Shown: positions 10,634-20,919 of the stretch, piece after piece | How positions within the stretch are numbered: the first letter of the stretch is position 1 | Layout: each line of letters begins with the position of its first letter | NCBI GenBank assembly: GCA_963772725.1 | Contig: CAVYYI010000004.1 | Location: 1 to 64,000, forward strand | Length of the DNA: 64,000 nt | Direction: 5' to 3' | Origin: an uncultured Phycisphaerales bacterium | Lineage (GTDB): Bacteria > Planctomycetota > Phycisphaerae > Sedimentisphaerales > Anaerobacaceae | Notes under the pieces: generated by a model | What the model was told of the DNA's origin: nothing | Databases searched by the model: none | What the model saw: the letters and a program-made list of their open reading frames with translations, nothing else | Position numbers and translations under genes: made by a program

Positions 10634-11628
10634 TTATTTATATTCACTATAACTTTGCCAAACACTCGTTTGCCTTGAACCATCTCATCTATCGTGGCAG
10701 GCAACTGATCCAAACTGATTTGGTCACTTATCAAAGGAGTTAAACTGATTCTGCCTTGCGATTGCAGGTCCAGTACCTGCTGCCAGTCTGTTAGCGAAGC
10801 TCCTAAAGCAACCGAGTTCCATGTTCCCAGAAGATCCAGCTCTTTCCGCAGTATGCCGGAAACAGTCTTACGGGGTATAACCAGGTCATCTTTGATATTA
10901 CCGGTGAATATCACTTTCCCACCGGGTTTTGCCAGACTTATTGCAAGATTGTAGGTTGAGCTTAGTCCCACCATCTCGATAACCACATCACCGATTGCTC
11001 TCAACTTATTCGTCAAGTCACTGGCTGAGTTTTCTGCCTGTTCGAATCCAAGCAAGCCTGCTAGTTTTAACTTTTTTTCTTCTATATCTATTGGGATTAC
11101 ACACGCCGCACTATAGGCTCTTGCTATTTGCGCAGCTATAAGCCCAATAGTGCCACAACCTATTACAATGACCGTTTTGCTTTCTATTAAACCGGCCCTT
11201 TTTATCGCATGCATTGCCACCGCGGCAGGCTCTGTCATCGCAGCTTCCTGTGCAGTTACGCCTTGCGGCACGGGGATAAGATTACTTTGGGGAACTTTAA
11301 CCTGCTCTGCAAAACCACCGTCACAGCGACTGCCCATGTAACTGTAGTTACTACAGCACTGATATCTACCTTGAGTACATTGTTCACACTCGCCACATGG
11401 AATTAATGGATAAACAGCAAACAAACGTCTTTCGTTGTCTCTACCTGAGAATTCATGGCCAGGAATAGCCGGAAAGTAATATGTCCCATCCCGCTTTATC
11501 CTGGAAATATCGCTGCTGCAAACTCCACAGGAAGCAACTTCAATCAGAACCTCGCCATCGCAAGGCTTAGGAGGCTCCACCTGTTCTATTCTCAGAGCAT
11601 CTATTGCATGCAAAACCGCCGCTTTCAT
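10630..11628 (-). CDS. Zn-dependent polyol(-phosphate) dehydrogenase (galactitol-1-P dehydrogenase-like)
   Basis: CSSD, GHEFSG, PLIPCGECEQC, GCGTIG and LRKELDLLGTWNS motifs. Confidence 0.88.
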   Translation of the reverse strand: MKAAVLHAIDALRIEQVEPPKPCDGEVLIEVASCGVCSSDISRIKRDGTYYFPAIPGHEFSGRDNERRLFAVYPLIPCGECEQCTQGRYQCCSNYSYMGSRCDGGFAEQVKVPQSNLIPVPQGVTAQEAAMTEPAAVAMHAIKRAGLIESKTVIVIGCGTIGLIAAQIARAYSAACVIPIDIEEKKLKLAGLLGFEQAENSASDLTNKLRAIGDVVIEMVGLSSTYNLAISLAKPGGKVIFTGNIKDDLVIPRKTVSGILRKELDLLGTWNSVALGASLTDWQQVLDLQSQGRISLTPLISDQISLDQLPATIDEMVQGKRVFGKVIVNINK

Positions 11629-11642
11629 CTATATCTCCACTG

Positions 11643-12589
11643 TTACCCTAAATCGCCACCGTTTTCTGATTTAAAGGCCTGTTTCAAATAACGCAGTGAT
11701 TCTCGCAAAAGTTGCTCCAGTTGATAATCGGAGTAATCTCTTCCCAGTTTAGGTCCGCTGATTTCCAAGTATCCTATCAAGCTCTTAACAGGCAATTTAT
11801 GTGTATTTTTCAAAAGAAAGTTTCGTATTTCACTAACGTTTACGATTCCTTTTACTCGTTCAGCTTTGGTAAAACCGAAAGTGCTGTTATAGGTTGAGCA
11901 TGTATTTTTAAGATGCATTTCGGTAATATAGGGCAATGCCGCTTCAATAAGTTGCATGTTACTCCAACGCACAACCTCTTTTCTATCCGCATAGCCGTGG
12001 CTAGTATCGACACAGCAGCCAACCATCGAGGTGGTTTGGAGATGGCGCAGATGGTAATCAGTAAGTTCACTACAAATCAGATTAACTTCATTCGGGAATG
12101 TGGGTGGTTCAGCTGCACACGACATCGGTTCAATTGTCAGAAAGCTTACCTGTTTTTCGTGTGCATAATGCAGAAGTTCCTTCATGTGACTAAGATAATT
12201 CGATATACCCAAGGGCTTTAAATGCATTCTGTCGCGCAGTATAGCTCCGGGATTGGAGCCAACCGACTTGCGCCTAAATGATACGCCACATCGATGAGCC
12301 TTTCGTAATTTCGGCGAGCTACCATTTGCCACGCTTTGTCATCCACAAAAAAGCCCCCCAATTCCCTGTGTGCGGTAAAAACGCTGCGTATAGTAATCCC
12401 GTATGTCTCGGCAAGTTGTCTTAGGTCGAAAAGAGTTTCATCAGGTAAGTGGTAAAGCTCGAAGAAACTGCCCAACTGAACGTCCTCAATGCGCTCCTGA
12501 GCCAACAACTGGAAAAGCCATTCAAAACTGAAGCGGTATAGGATCGGGTCAGTCTTCATCCCAACTTTTAATTTAAGTTCATCGCACAT
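11643..12589 (-). CDS. Xylose-isomerase-like TIM-barrel sugar isomerase/epimerase, frameshift near 12270
   Basis: Two overlapping ORFs (12218-12589 and 11643-12332) join into one protein with E-P-M, DTSH, HLKN and YLEI metal motifs. Confidence 0.7.
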
Positions 12590-12640
12590 ACTAATCTCTT
12601 ACTTCAAGTTCATTGCACATCACTATTAATAGCCACTTTC

Positions 12641-12710
12641 ATTTTACAGGTTTCAAGCATATCCAGTCAATATATAATCGCACAAAATCACCACAAATAT
12701 ATATCGCTCA
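12641..12710 (-). promoter_or_regulatory. Candidate sigma70 promoter of the sugar operon with adjacent direct repeats (candidate DeoR operator)
   Basis: Minus strand TTGACT-18-TAAAAT; imperfect repeats ATATATAATCGCACA and ATATATATCGCTCA. Confidence 0.4.
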
Positions 12711-12859
12711 CGATTTTGATTACAACCAAGTGCCTTAAGAGCCTCTAATGGAAAAAGTGTAAATGCCTGTTTTGATACTAAAAACGCTATTTTTGTTCAT
12801 TATGTTAGAGGTTCTAAAGCTTTTTATCACCGTATCTAGCATGTTTATAGAATAATAAA

Positions 12860-12887
12860 TTGACATAAAATTTTTTTTGGTTATACT
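12860..12887 (+). promoter_or_regulatory. Sigma70 promoter of the DeoR regulator
   Basis: TTGACA-16-TATACT about 30 bp upstream of the ORF. Confidence 0.55.
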
Positions 12888-12919
12888 GAAGCGATTGTAA
12901 GTTATTATTTGAAAGATAA

Positions 12920-13708
12920 ATGCTTATGCTACAGTCATATAGGTATGAACAGATTATATCTTACCTGCTTAATCATGATTATTTAACGGTCGACCAAGCC
13001 GTTAACATGTTCCAAGCAAGTCCAGCTACGGTGCGCCGGGACTTTAGTACACTAGCTCAAAATGAACTAGTAAAAAGAGAAAGAGGTTCGCTCAGGTTGC
13101 GAACAAGCAAAATCGACGGACTTTCTCCCTTTGCTCTCAGGCAAATCCAGTACTCCGCAGAAAAAGCAGCAATTGCACAAAAAGCGGCAAGCCTCGTAAA
13201 ACCCGGTCATGCGATATTCATAGATGGTGGCACCACTACCTTTCATATGGGTTTGCATCTTGCCAAAATGCAGGTAAAAATAATCACAAATTCCTTAAGA
13301 CTTGCAGTTCTACTGGAAGAGAAAAGGATGGAAAATTCGGACATGGAAATATACCTCACCGGCGGGTTTATCCATTCAAAATCTGGAATACTGATAGGCC
13401 CAAATACTGAAGAATCGTTAAGACATTATCATGCTGAATGTGCCTTTCTTTCCGCAGGCGGAATCAGTCCAGATGGCATTTTTAACACGAATGATTTGGT
13501 CGTAAAGACTGAGCAAGTAATGATCGAAAATGCGCAACAGGTCATCATCCTCGCAGACCACAGTAAATTCGGGAAACATGCTATGTCGCACGTGTGCAGC
13601 CTGGATAAAATCGATGTTCTTATAACGGATGCTCCTGACCAGATTCTCCAGCAGTATCAAGGCTATGACATCAAGTTCATCAGGGCTGGCTGTAAGAGCG
13701 GTGAGTAA
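12920..13708 (+). CDS. DeoR/GlpR family transcriptional regulator
   Basis: SPATVRRDF HTH, IFIDGGTTT, IITNSL and LADHSKFG motifs; divergent from the sugar operon. Confidence 0.93.
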   Translation: MLMLQSYRYEQIISYLLNHDYLTVDQAVNMFQASPATVRRDFSTLAQNELVKRERGSLRLRTSKIDGLSPFALRQIQYSAEKAAIAQKAASLVKPGHAIFIDGGTTTFHMGLHLAKMQVKIITNSLRLAVLLEEKRMENSDMEIYLTGGFIHSKSGILIGPNTEESLRHYHAECAFLSAGGISPDGIFNTNDLVVKTEQVMIENAQQVIILADHSKFGKHAMSHVCSLDKIDVLITDAPDQILQQYQGYDIKFIRAGCKSGE

Positions 13709-13819
13709 ATAGCAAGAATGTTTTGCTACTCCATTATTGTTCCGTCCTTTACGCCCCAACCATAATACTGTAACTGGTTTTACCAAAAGGTGTTCGGATA
13801 TTGCGAAGTTCCGCGTTTT

Positions 13820-14415
13820 TATAGCAATTATAGCAATTCAAGAAAACATATAGCCTTATCCGATATCTTAATTATGAAACCAACTTCAATAGATTTAAGA
13901 GAACGGATATTGGCTGCATACGATGCTGCTGAAGGAACCAGGCAGGAGATTGCGGATAGGTTTAAGGTCAGTCTTGGGCTGGTTAAGAAACTTCTCACTC
14001 AACGAAAAACTCTGGGGACAATTGAACCTCAATATCAAAATGTTGGACGCAAGCCAGCATTCGACGGTAGGAATTTGAACCAACTCAACAAGTTTCTTCA
14101 AAAACGCAATGATTCAACACTTATGGAAATTCAAGAACATTTCTCCGGCAGTGTTTTATGTAGTATCCAGACCATAGCAAATGCCATTAAGCGTCTTGGC
14201 TGGCGTTATAAAAAAACGTTACGAGCCAATGAACAAGGCAGAGAAGACATCGCACCGAAACGCTGGCTGTGGAAAAAGACACAGCCGTCAATGGATTTTG
14301 CCAGACTTGTATTTATTGATGAATCTGGTGCCAAGACAAATATGACAAGGCTTTACGGCAGGGCCATGGCAGGCCAAAGGGCAATAGATGATACTCCCTC
14401 TGGTCACTGGTGTAC
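13820..14415 (+). mobile_element. Truncated IS630-family transposase
   Basis: MKPTSIDLRERILAA HTH, LGWRYKKT and LVFIDESGAKTNMTRLYGRA; TATAGCAAT-type left end; breaks off after PSGHW. Confidence 0.85.
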
Positions 14416-14419
14416 AGAA

Positions 14420-15109
14420 ACTTTTCGGCAAATTGGGAATCAGATTATTAATCAACTCTGCATCAGGTTCCCAGTTGCTTCGCTCACGCCGCATTATCCG
14501 GATTTGCAAGTTCAAGTAAAAGCTCCCCTTGGCAAATCTCTGGATGAAATTAAAGAGCGAGTAAAAAAAAGGCACAATGGATTTTACAGCAGCAGAATTT
14601 CTTTTCATTATATTTACCTAAACAGCCTCCACAATACATAAGTGGCGAAAGTCATTATTACATGGGGCGACAATATAGGCTTAAAGCCATATCATTCGAA
14701 ACCGATGTGGTAAAACTGCAACGCGGTTTGTTGCTTGTTTATTGTAAAAGGAGAAATGTACCAGAATATGTGAAATGAGTTCTGCAAAATTGGTACAAGG
14801 TAAAAGCTCAAGAACAGTTTGTAAAACGCTTTAAGACTCTGTTTAAAAAAGCTCCGCTTACAAGAGTCCACCGCTCCAATACTGCAAATTAAGAAAATGG
14901 AGAAATGATGGAGAAGTTGTTCCAAAGGGTAAAATCATATTTAATTCCGAGCTTATCAAAACACCAACATTATGTATTGATTATGTAATTATTCATGAGC
15001 TATGCTATTTGAGATTTCCCCATCACGGGAGTGTCTTTTATCACTTGATGACAAAGGTATTACCTTATTGAGCAAAGAGGAAAAAAGACTCGAGCGAATT
15101 GGGCACTAA
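14420..15109 (+). pseudogene. Degraded YgjP/M48-like (DUF45) metallopeptidase-family gene
   Basis: Fragments PDLQVQVKAP, QNWYKVKAQEQF and ELIKTPTLCIDYVIIHELCYLRFPHHGSVFY lie across broken frames with in-frame stops. Confidence 0.7.
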
Positions 15110-15133
15110 GGCAGATAACATAAATACCTGTAA

Positions 15134-16143
15134 ACCTGAACTTTGGATAAGGATACAAGAAAAACGGCCAACCTGCCGATGGAAATAATAGTTTTGTAAA
15201 TATTATTAACCAAGCAGGCAAGGAGGCCGTATGACAGCGGATTTTACCACATTATTTGTGAATGTCGATGATTGTTGGAAAGCTTTTGAAAAAATGTATG
15301 TAAAGCACCTCATAGAAGATGGAACACGTAAACGCAACAGGCAAGGCAACTTAAGTACCAGCGAGATCATGACTATTCTTATTGCCTTCCAAACCAGCGG
15401 CTATCGCACTTTCAAGGATTTCTATCACTACCTTCTTGCCCATCACCGCCATGATTTTCCCGATATGGTCAGCTACGACCGCTTTGTTTATCTGATACCA
15501 AGGGCAATAATCCCGCTGCTTGTATATTTGCAAACCGATGGCATGGATGAGCCCACGGGTATTTCTTTTATTGACAGCACCGCACTTAAAGTCTGTCATA
15601 ATAAACGCATCAGCCGCAACCGTGTTTTCGACGGGCTTGCTCAAATAGGTAAAACAACGATGGGCTGGTTTTTTGGCTTTAAATTGCATCTGATCATTAA
15701 TGACCGCGGCGGTTTATTGGGCTGCCGCCTGACAGCAGGTAATGTCGATGATCGCAGCACGGTGGAGACAATGGCCGACGGCCTGTTCGGAAAGCTATTT
15801 GGCGACAAGGGTTACATCAGCCAGAGCCTGTTTGAAAAACTGTTGGCCAAGGGAATTAAGCTGGTAACCAATATGCGCGCAAATATGAAATGCCGTTTGA
15901 TGGAGTTGGAGGATAAAATCCTGCTGCGAAAGCGTTCATTGATTGAAACGGTCAATGACACACTCAAAAATGTCTGTCAGATCGAACATTCACGCCACCG
16001 CAGCCCGATCAACTTTTTAGCACATTTGATAGCCGGTCTTGTAGCCTATACGAGACTGCCGAAAAAGCCTGCGCTCAAAATCGAAAACGTCAGCTACCAG
16101 CCCAGAGAATTTCTTTGCATCACAGCTTAAACAAAGTTCAGGT
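15134..16143 (+). mobile_element. Complete IS982-family insertion sequence (1010 bp)
   Basis: TIRs ACCTGAACTTTG and CAAAGTTCAGGT; 5 bp target duplication TGTAA (15129-33 and 16144-48). Confidence 0.92.
15231..16130 (+). CDS. IS982-family transposase
   Basis: FIDST, GWFFGFKLHL, FGDKGYIS, KRSLIETVND and IEHSRHRS motifs. Confidence 0.95.
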   Translation: MTADFTTLFVNVDDCWKAFEKMYVKHLIEDGTRKRNRQGNLSTSEIMTILIAFQTSGYRTFKDFYHYLLAHHRHDFPDMVSYDRFVYLIPRAIIPLLVYLQTDGMDEPTGISFIDSTALKVCHNKRISRNRVFDGLAQIGKTTMGWFFGFKLHLIINDRGGLLGCRLTAGNVDDRSTVETMADGLFGKLFGDKGYISQSLFEKLLAKGIKLVTNMRANMKCRLMELEDKILLRKRSLIETVNDTLKNVCQIEHSRHRSPINFLAHLIAGLVAYTRLPKKPALKIENVSYQPREFLCITA

Positions 16144-16157
16144 TGTAAAGTAAAAAA

Positions 16158-16203
16158 CTACAACCATTCTACAACCAAAAGATGCTATATCTATCAAAAG
16201 ATG
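16158..16203. repeat. Direct repeats next to the tRNA-Arg fragment (candidate integrase arm-type sites)
   Basis: CTACAACCA at 16158 and 16169; CAAAAGATG at 16176 and 16195. Confidence 0.5.
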
Positions 16204-16271
16204 TGATATATACTATTCACTAAGTTCTGAAATCAGCGATAGTTGCAAAATAACGAAGATTTCAAAAAGTT

Positions 16272-16310
16272 TTAGAAATCCGTTGCTCTATCCAGCTGAG
16301 CTACGGGCGC
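16272..16310 (-). tRNA. 5' half of tRNA-Arg(TCT), ending at the anticodon loop (att-like fragment)
   Basis: Reverse complement reads GCGCCCGTAGCTCAGCTGGATAGAGCAACGGATTTCTAA. The expected TCCGT 3' stem strand and the T-arm are absent. Confidence 0.85.
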
Positions 16311-16330
16311 AAAAGTTTTTAAGTGCTTGC

Positions 16331-16360
16331 ATTATAAATAGTTCCTGCATACGCTGTCAA
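16331..16360 (-). promoter_or_regulatory. Consensus sigma70 promoter of the tRNA-Arg locus
   Basis: Minus strand TTGACA-18-TATAAT, 20 bp upstream of the tRNA 5' end. Confidence 0.75.
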
Positions 16361-16622
16361 TGCCGTTCGGCCGATAAAACGCCAGTTGCGCCTATTTTTT
16401 CGCAGATTATTTGTACCAGCAAAAAAAAATTGCAAAATTAACATTTTTTTGACACATTTTGCTCGCGAAAAACGCCTTCTTTATAAAAGACAATAATAAT
16501 AGCAAGCTGAAGAGATTTGCTGGGATATAAGCCGGCAATATCTCAATGCTGTTTATGAGATGTTCCGGCGGCGTTAAGGTGTGTTTTATATAAAAAGCAG
16601 GATATATATTTGGGGATAAACG

Positions 16623-16889
16623 ATGTTTAGAGCAAACGGCGCGATGATTTGTTCAACCCTGCGAAGGCAGGAAGATTTGATTAAAAATATTATCGCTGAA
16701 ATCAGCAAAGCCAAAGAGGGGGCTGAAAAAGCCGATTTCGCCACACAACTCCAAAAGGAAGTAAATATTCTTCTTTCCTGCAGAAGCTACGATGAGAAGA
16801 ATATGAATTGCAGCAATTGCCATTTTATAGCCAGTGTGCGCAAAAAAATGGCGGATTTGGTAATAATGAGTGTCAAAAAATTAGTGTAA
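16623..16889 (+). CDS. Small hypothetical protein with C-x9-CxxC
   Basis: GGGGA RBS; helical composition; LSCRSYDEKNMNCSNCHF. Confidence 0.55.
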   Translation: MFRANGAMICSTLRRQEDLIKNIIAEISKAKEGAEKADFATQLQKEVNILLSCRSYDEKNMNCSNCHFIASVRKKMADLVIMSVKKLV

Positions 16890-16952
16890 GCAATTTTCAT
16901 TTTAACTTCGATTTTTGCATTCTTAAACTGGGCAATAGGCAGTATGGGTTGT

Positions 16953-18578
16953 TTATTGCGCGGGTTTGCCTTGCTCTTTTGAGAGTGTTATCGGTATATC
17001 GAGCCAGAAAGTAGAACCTCTGCCAAGTTCACTCTCAAGGCCGATACTGCCGGCAAGAAGTGCGGTTAATTCCTTGCTTATTGCAAGACCCAGACCCGTA
17101 CCTGCTGACTGACGGGTTATGGATGCGTCAATCTGGCGAAACTTTTCAAATATCTTTTCTCTGTCCGCTTCAGCGATGCCGCTGCCGGTATCACTCACCG
17201 AGAAACGGATGTTTTTTTCATCGACCATCGCGGCGCGAATTTCAATTTTACCGTTTTCCGGTGTGAACTTTACAGCGTTGCTCAAAAAGTTAAATAACAC
17301 CTGGCGAACCTTGCCGACATCAGTTATAAGGGCAGGAAGATTGCTGTCAATCGAGAGTTTCAGCCTTAATTTTTTTCCGCTTGCCAGTGATGGAAAAGAA
17401 GCTATAACGGACTTGCACAGGTCCTGCACGGAGGATTTTTCTATATGAAGTTTCATCTTGCCCGCTTCGGATTTTGCCAGGTTGAGCAGGTCGTTGACCA
17501 TATTGAGAAGGTTTTTGCCGGCGGTAATAATATTTTCGGCGTATCTCTGTCTTTTTTCCTTGCGGATTGTGTCTGATTTTTCTTTGAGAATTTCGGTAAA
17601 ACCTATTATCGCGTTTAACGGCGTTCTGAACTCATGGCTTATGTTCGCCAGGAACTCATCTTTAACCTTGTTCGCCCTGAATAGCTCGATATTGCGTTCC
17701 GAAAGCTCGACTATTTTTTCGTCCAACTGTTTGTTGGCCTGCCGCAGTTTATCCTGTGAGGTCTCTAATCCGTCAAGCATGTGATTGAAGGCGTCGGAGA
17801 GTTTTTCATATTCATCGCGGGTTTTTATCGAGCTTCTTATGTCAAGATTGCCCTCGGCGACATTATTGGCAAGTGCCCTTAATTGCCTGATAGGACTGAG
17901 AATAACCCGCTGGGTAATGACATAGAACACGATTATCGCACCAGTCCCAGCGATAAGGCCCGCGACAATTATCCAGACGCGATTCATAAGCATCATCTTG
18001 CTGATTTCGCCTGCCGGCCGCTGAATCACAGCCGCTCCCACAGCGTCATTTTGCTTAAACTCGACAGCGGAACCCTGCGGATAATGACAAGTTATGCATT
18101 TATCATTGGCCTTAAAAACCCGCACGTATGTATTCTGCAGAACACCGTTCCTTCTCTCCAGCAGCAGGTCATCCTCCTTGCTGTGCCTTCCCTTTAGAGA
18201 CTTTATCATCTCCCTCAGGCTATGCGGCAGTCTCTGGAATATCGGTTCATCTTCTTTTGTAAAGCGAATCCATTGTATATCGGAATCATTTGAGTCCGTG
18301 ACAGCTCCGGTGATGTCCAGAGGGACAAGTCCTTTTTCGCTGGAATTTTTAAGCTGGAAGTGATGTCTCATCAGGCTTTCCGCCCTGGTTCTGCCTACAT
18401 CAAGAACGGTGGTTCTTATCAGTTGTCCCATCCAGACATAAGGAATGAGAATCGCCAGGCCGAGAATTAAAATAACCGCGGCGCCAAAGGCGATTCTGCA
18501 TTTCTCTGCGAGTGAAAGCGGCGACAAATGCAAAAATACAAGAATTCTGTGCCAAATCTTATTAAGATTCACCTTCAT
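16953..18578 (-). CDS. Membrane sensor histidine kinase (HAMP-HisKA-HATPase) with a periplasmic CxxCH motif
   Basis: Two TM segments, CITCH, ISHEFRTPL, FNFLSNAVKF and GTGLGL. Start is probably MKVNL (18578), since the longer start lies inside a REP-like repeat. Confidence 0.92.
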   Translation of the reverse strand: MKVNLNKIWHRILVFLHLSPLSLAEKCRIAFGAAVILILGLAILIPYVWMGQLIRTTVLDVGRTRAESLMRHHFQLKNSSEKGLVPLDITGAVTDSNDSDIQWIRFTKEDEPIFQRLPHSLREMIKSLKGRHSKEDDLLLERRNGVLQNTYVRVFKANDKCITCHYPQGSAVEFKQNDAVGAAVIQRPAGEISKMMLMNRVWIIVAGLIAGTGAIIVFYVITQRVILSPIRQLRALANNVAEGNLDIRSSIKTRDEYEKLSDAFNHMLDGLETSQDKLRQANKQLDEKIVELSERNIELFRANKVKDEFLANISHEFRTPLNAIIGFTEILKEKSDTIRKEKRQRYAENIITAGKNLLNMVNDLLNLAKSEAGKMKLHIEKSSVQDLCKSVIASFPSLASGKKLRLKLSIDSNLPALITDVGKVRQVLFNFLSNAVKFTPENGKIEIRAAMVDEKNIRFSVSDTGSGIAEADREKIFEKFRQIDASITRQSAGTGLGLAISKELTALLAGSIGLESELGRGSTFWLDIPITLSKEQGKPAQ

Positions 18579-18587
18579 TGTAGTTCT

Positions 18588-18646
18588 GTCATACCTGCGA
18601 AAGCAGGTATCCATTTTTTCATCGCCGTGCCGGCGACGGCTAAACG
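18588..18646. repeat. Two REP-like palindromic elements
   Basis: GTCATACCTGCGAAAGCAGGTATCCA hairpin; TCGCCGTGCCGGCGACGGCTAAACG, with a near copy at 33697-33720. Confidence 0.6.
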
Positions 18647-20465
18647 TTACTTCTGCTGCTCGCCAGGGTTTTTCTCTATCTGGTGCAGGTGCTTCTGTGT
18701 TTTGAGATTCAACTCGTCCAACTGCTTCTGGTCAACTTCGCTTGGGGCATCACTGAGCAGGCACTGGCCTCGCTGTGTCTTGGGGAAGGCGATAACGTCT
18801 CTTATGTTATTCGTGCCGGTCAAGAGCATAATCAGCCTGTCCAGGCCGAAAGCGATTCCACCGTGCGGCGGTGCGCCGTATTCAAGCGCCCTCAGGAAGA
18901 AGCCAAACTGCTCCTCAGCCTGCTTTTTGGAAATATTAAGAAGCCCGAAAACTTTTTCCTGAACCTTCATATCGTGAATACGGATGCTTCCGCCTCCGAT
19001 TTCCGAACCGTTCAAAACAATATCATAAGCCTGCGCGATGATATTGCCCGGGTCAGTATCAAGTTTGCCGATATGTTCCGGAATCGGCGCAGTGAACGGA
19101 TGATGCATCGAGTCATACCGTTTTTCATCTTCGTTCCACTCGAACAGCGGGAAATCGACTATCCATACAAACTCGAAGGCCTTTTCGTCATAAAGGTTCA
19201 GCTCTTTGCCGATTTTACATCGCAGTGGTGCCAGCGCTTTGTTGGCAGCTTTTCCTTATCGGCAACGAGTATAATAAGGTCGTCATTTTTGGCGTCGAAG
19301 GCCTTGGCCAGTTCATCGAGCTGTTCAGGCGTGAAAAACTTTGTCATGCTGCTGGTCAGTGCGGCTTTGCCGTTTTCATCCTTGACTTTGAACCAGACCA
19401 GTCCCTTGGCGCCGTAATCCTTCGCGAAATCGGTGAGTGTTTTTTCCACATCATTTCTCGAATATTTAACTCCTCCGCCCGGCGCACAGAGACCCTTAAT
19501 GACCCCGCCGCTTTCGACAACTGAGGAAAAAACTTTAAACGTGCTGTTTTTAACTATGTCGGAAACATTTTTCAGCTTCATGCTGAACCGAAGGTCAGGC
19601 CTGTCAATCCCGTAATCATCAACCGCTTCTTTGTAAGTCATTCTCCGAATCGGGGTGGGCACCGTAACATCGAGAATTTTTCTCCATATCCTCGCAATGA
19701 CACATTCATTTGCGCTGATGACATCATTAACATCTACAAAACTCATTTCGATATCGATTTGCGTGAACTCCGCCTGGCGATCTGCACGCGGGTCTTCATC
19801 TCGAAAACACCGGACTATCTGGAAATATTTATCAATGGAGCTGACCATCAGAATCTGCTTGAATAACTGAGGCGACTGAGGCAGTGCATAAAAAGTATTG
19901 CGAACCAGCCTGCTGGGAACAAGAAAATCCCTCGCCCCTTCCGGTGTGCTTTTAGCCAGCATCGGCGTCTCTATCTCCCAGAAACCTTTTTCATCGAAAT
20001 AATCGCGGACAAGCTTTGCCACCTTATGCCGAATTCCAGCCTTTCCCGAATCTCGGGGCGGCGAAGGTCAATATAGCGATACTTCAGTCTGACCTCTTCG
20101 TTTGTCTTTTCGCTGTTGTCAATGTCGAATGGCGGTGTTTTGGAAACATTGAGAATCTCCATCTGGTCAACCATAATCTCGATTTGGCCTGTCGGCAGCT
20201 TGGGGTTTTCAAGTCCCTGGCCTCTCGGCTGAACGACACCTTTGGCGGCAATAACCCATTCGCAGCGAACAGTCCGCGCTATCTTATGGGCTTCGGGATG
20301 AGTTTCCGGATTGAATACCAGTTGTGTTACGCCTTCCCTGTCGCGAAGGTCAAGAAATACGAGATTGCCGTGGTCACGATATGAATTTACCCAGCCGGCT
20401 AATATTATCTTTTTCCCGGCATCCTCAAGGCGAAGCTGCCCGCAATTGTGAGTTCTTTTGAGCAT
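18647..20465 (-). CDS. aspS: Aspartate--tRNA ligase, two frameshifts (~20030 and ~19250)
   Basis: [56 protein letters not shown] and [14 protein letters not shown] motifs. Confidence 0.95.
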
Positions 20466-20509
20466 TCTAAAATCTTTCTAAAAATTAGCCGTCTCCGGCG
20501 GACTTTTAA

Positions 20510-20688
20510 ACCTGAACTTTGGATAAGAAACGATGTTTTTGGCCAAATATCAAGGTTTTTCAACTTTATTATCACTAACTTTGGTTCAAAATAGCTGATT
20601 TTTGAATAAAACCGAAGTTTTTTACTTTGTTGCTGCACTTGATGCTTATTTTCAATCGAATAAACAAGGGCTTATCCAAAGTTCAGGT
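20510..20688. mobile_element. 179 bp MITE with IS982 ends
   Basis: Perfect 18 bp TIR ACCTGAACTTTGGATAAG, identical to the IS982 left end at 15134; TTTAA duplicated on both flanks. Confidence 0.92.
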
Positions 20689-20919
20689 TTTAAGTCTTTA
20701 GAAACCATATTTTCAAAAGGTTTACAATAGTCGAAAACCCGCGTTTAGTCAATAACCGCGTTTGTTATAGTCGAAAATAACTATATCTATGAACTCGAAA
20801 AGGCGGAAAAGCGAAATATTTCGGCTTTTTTGAAAAAATCTTAAAATTTGTGGAACAGACAGGGACATTTACGCATCTTTATTAAATATACCTGTGTTAT
20901 TTGCGGAAAGGGAAGAAAA

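Noticed and set aside
13790..14641. Intact 283 aa transposase
   Set aside because: It is a chimera with only the first DDE Asp. The tail belongs to a ygjP-like remnant.
16150..16271. Group I intron in tRNA-Arg
   Set aside because: The sequence after the anticodon loop is AT-rich with direct repeats. It has no recognisable P7/core elements and no 3' exon nearby.
18647..20465. Programmed frameshifting or pseudogenisation of aspS (and of dnaN)
   Set aside because: Similar indels are scattered across unrelated genes with no shared slippery motif, so sequencing error is the simpler explanation.
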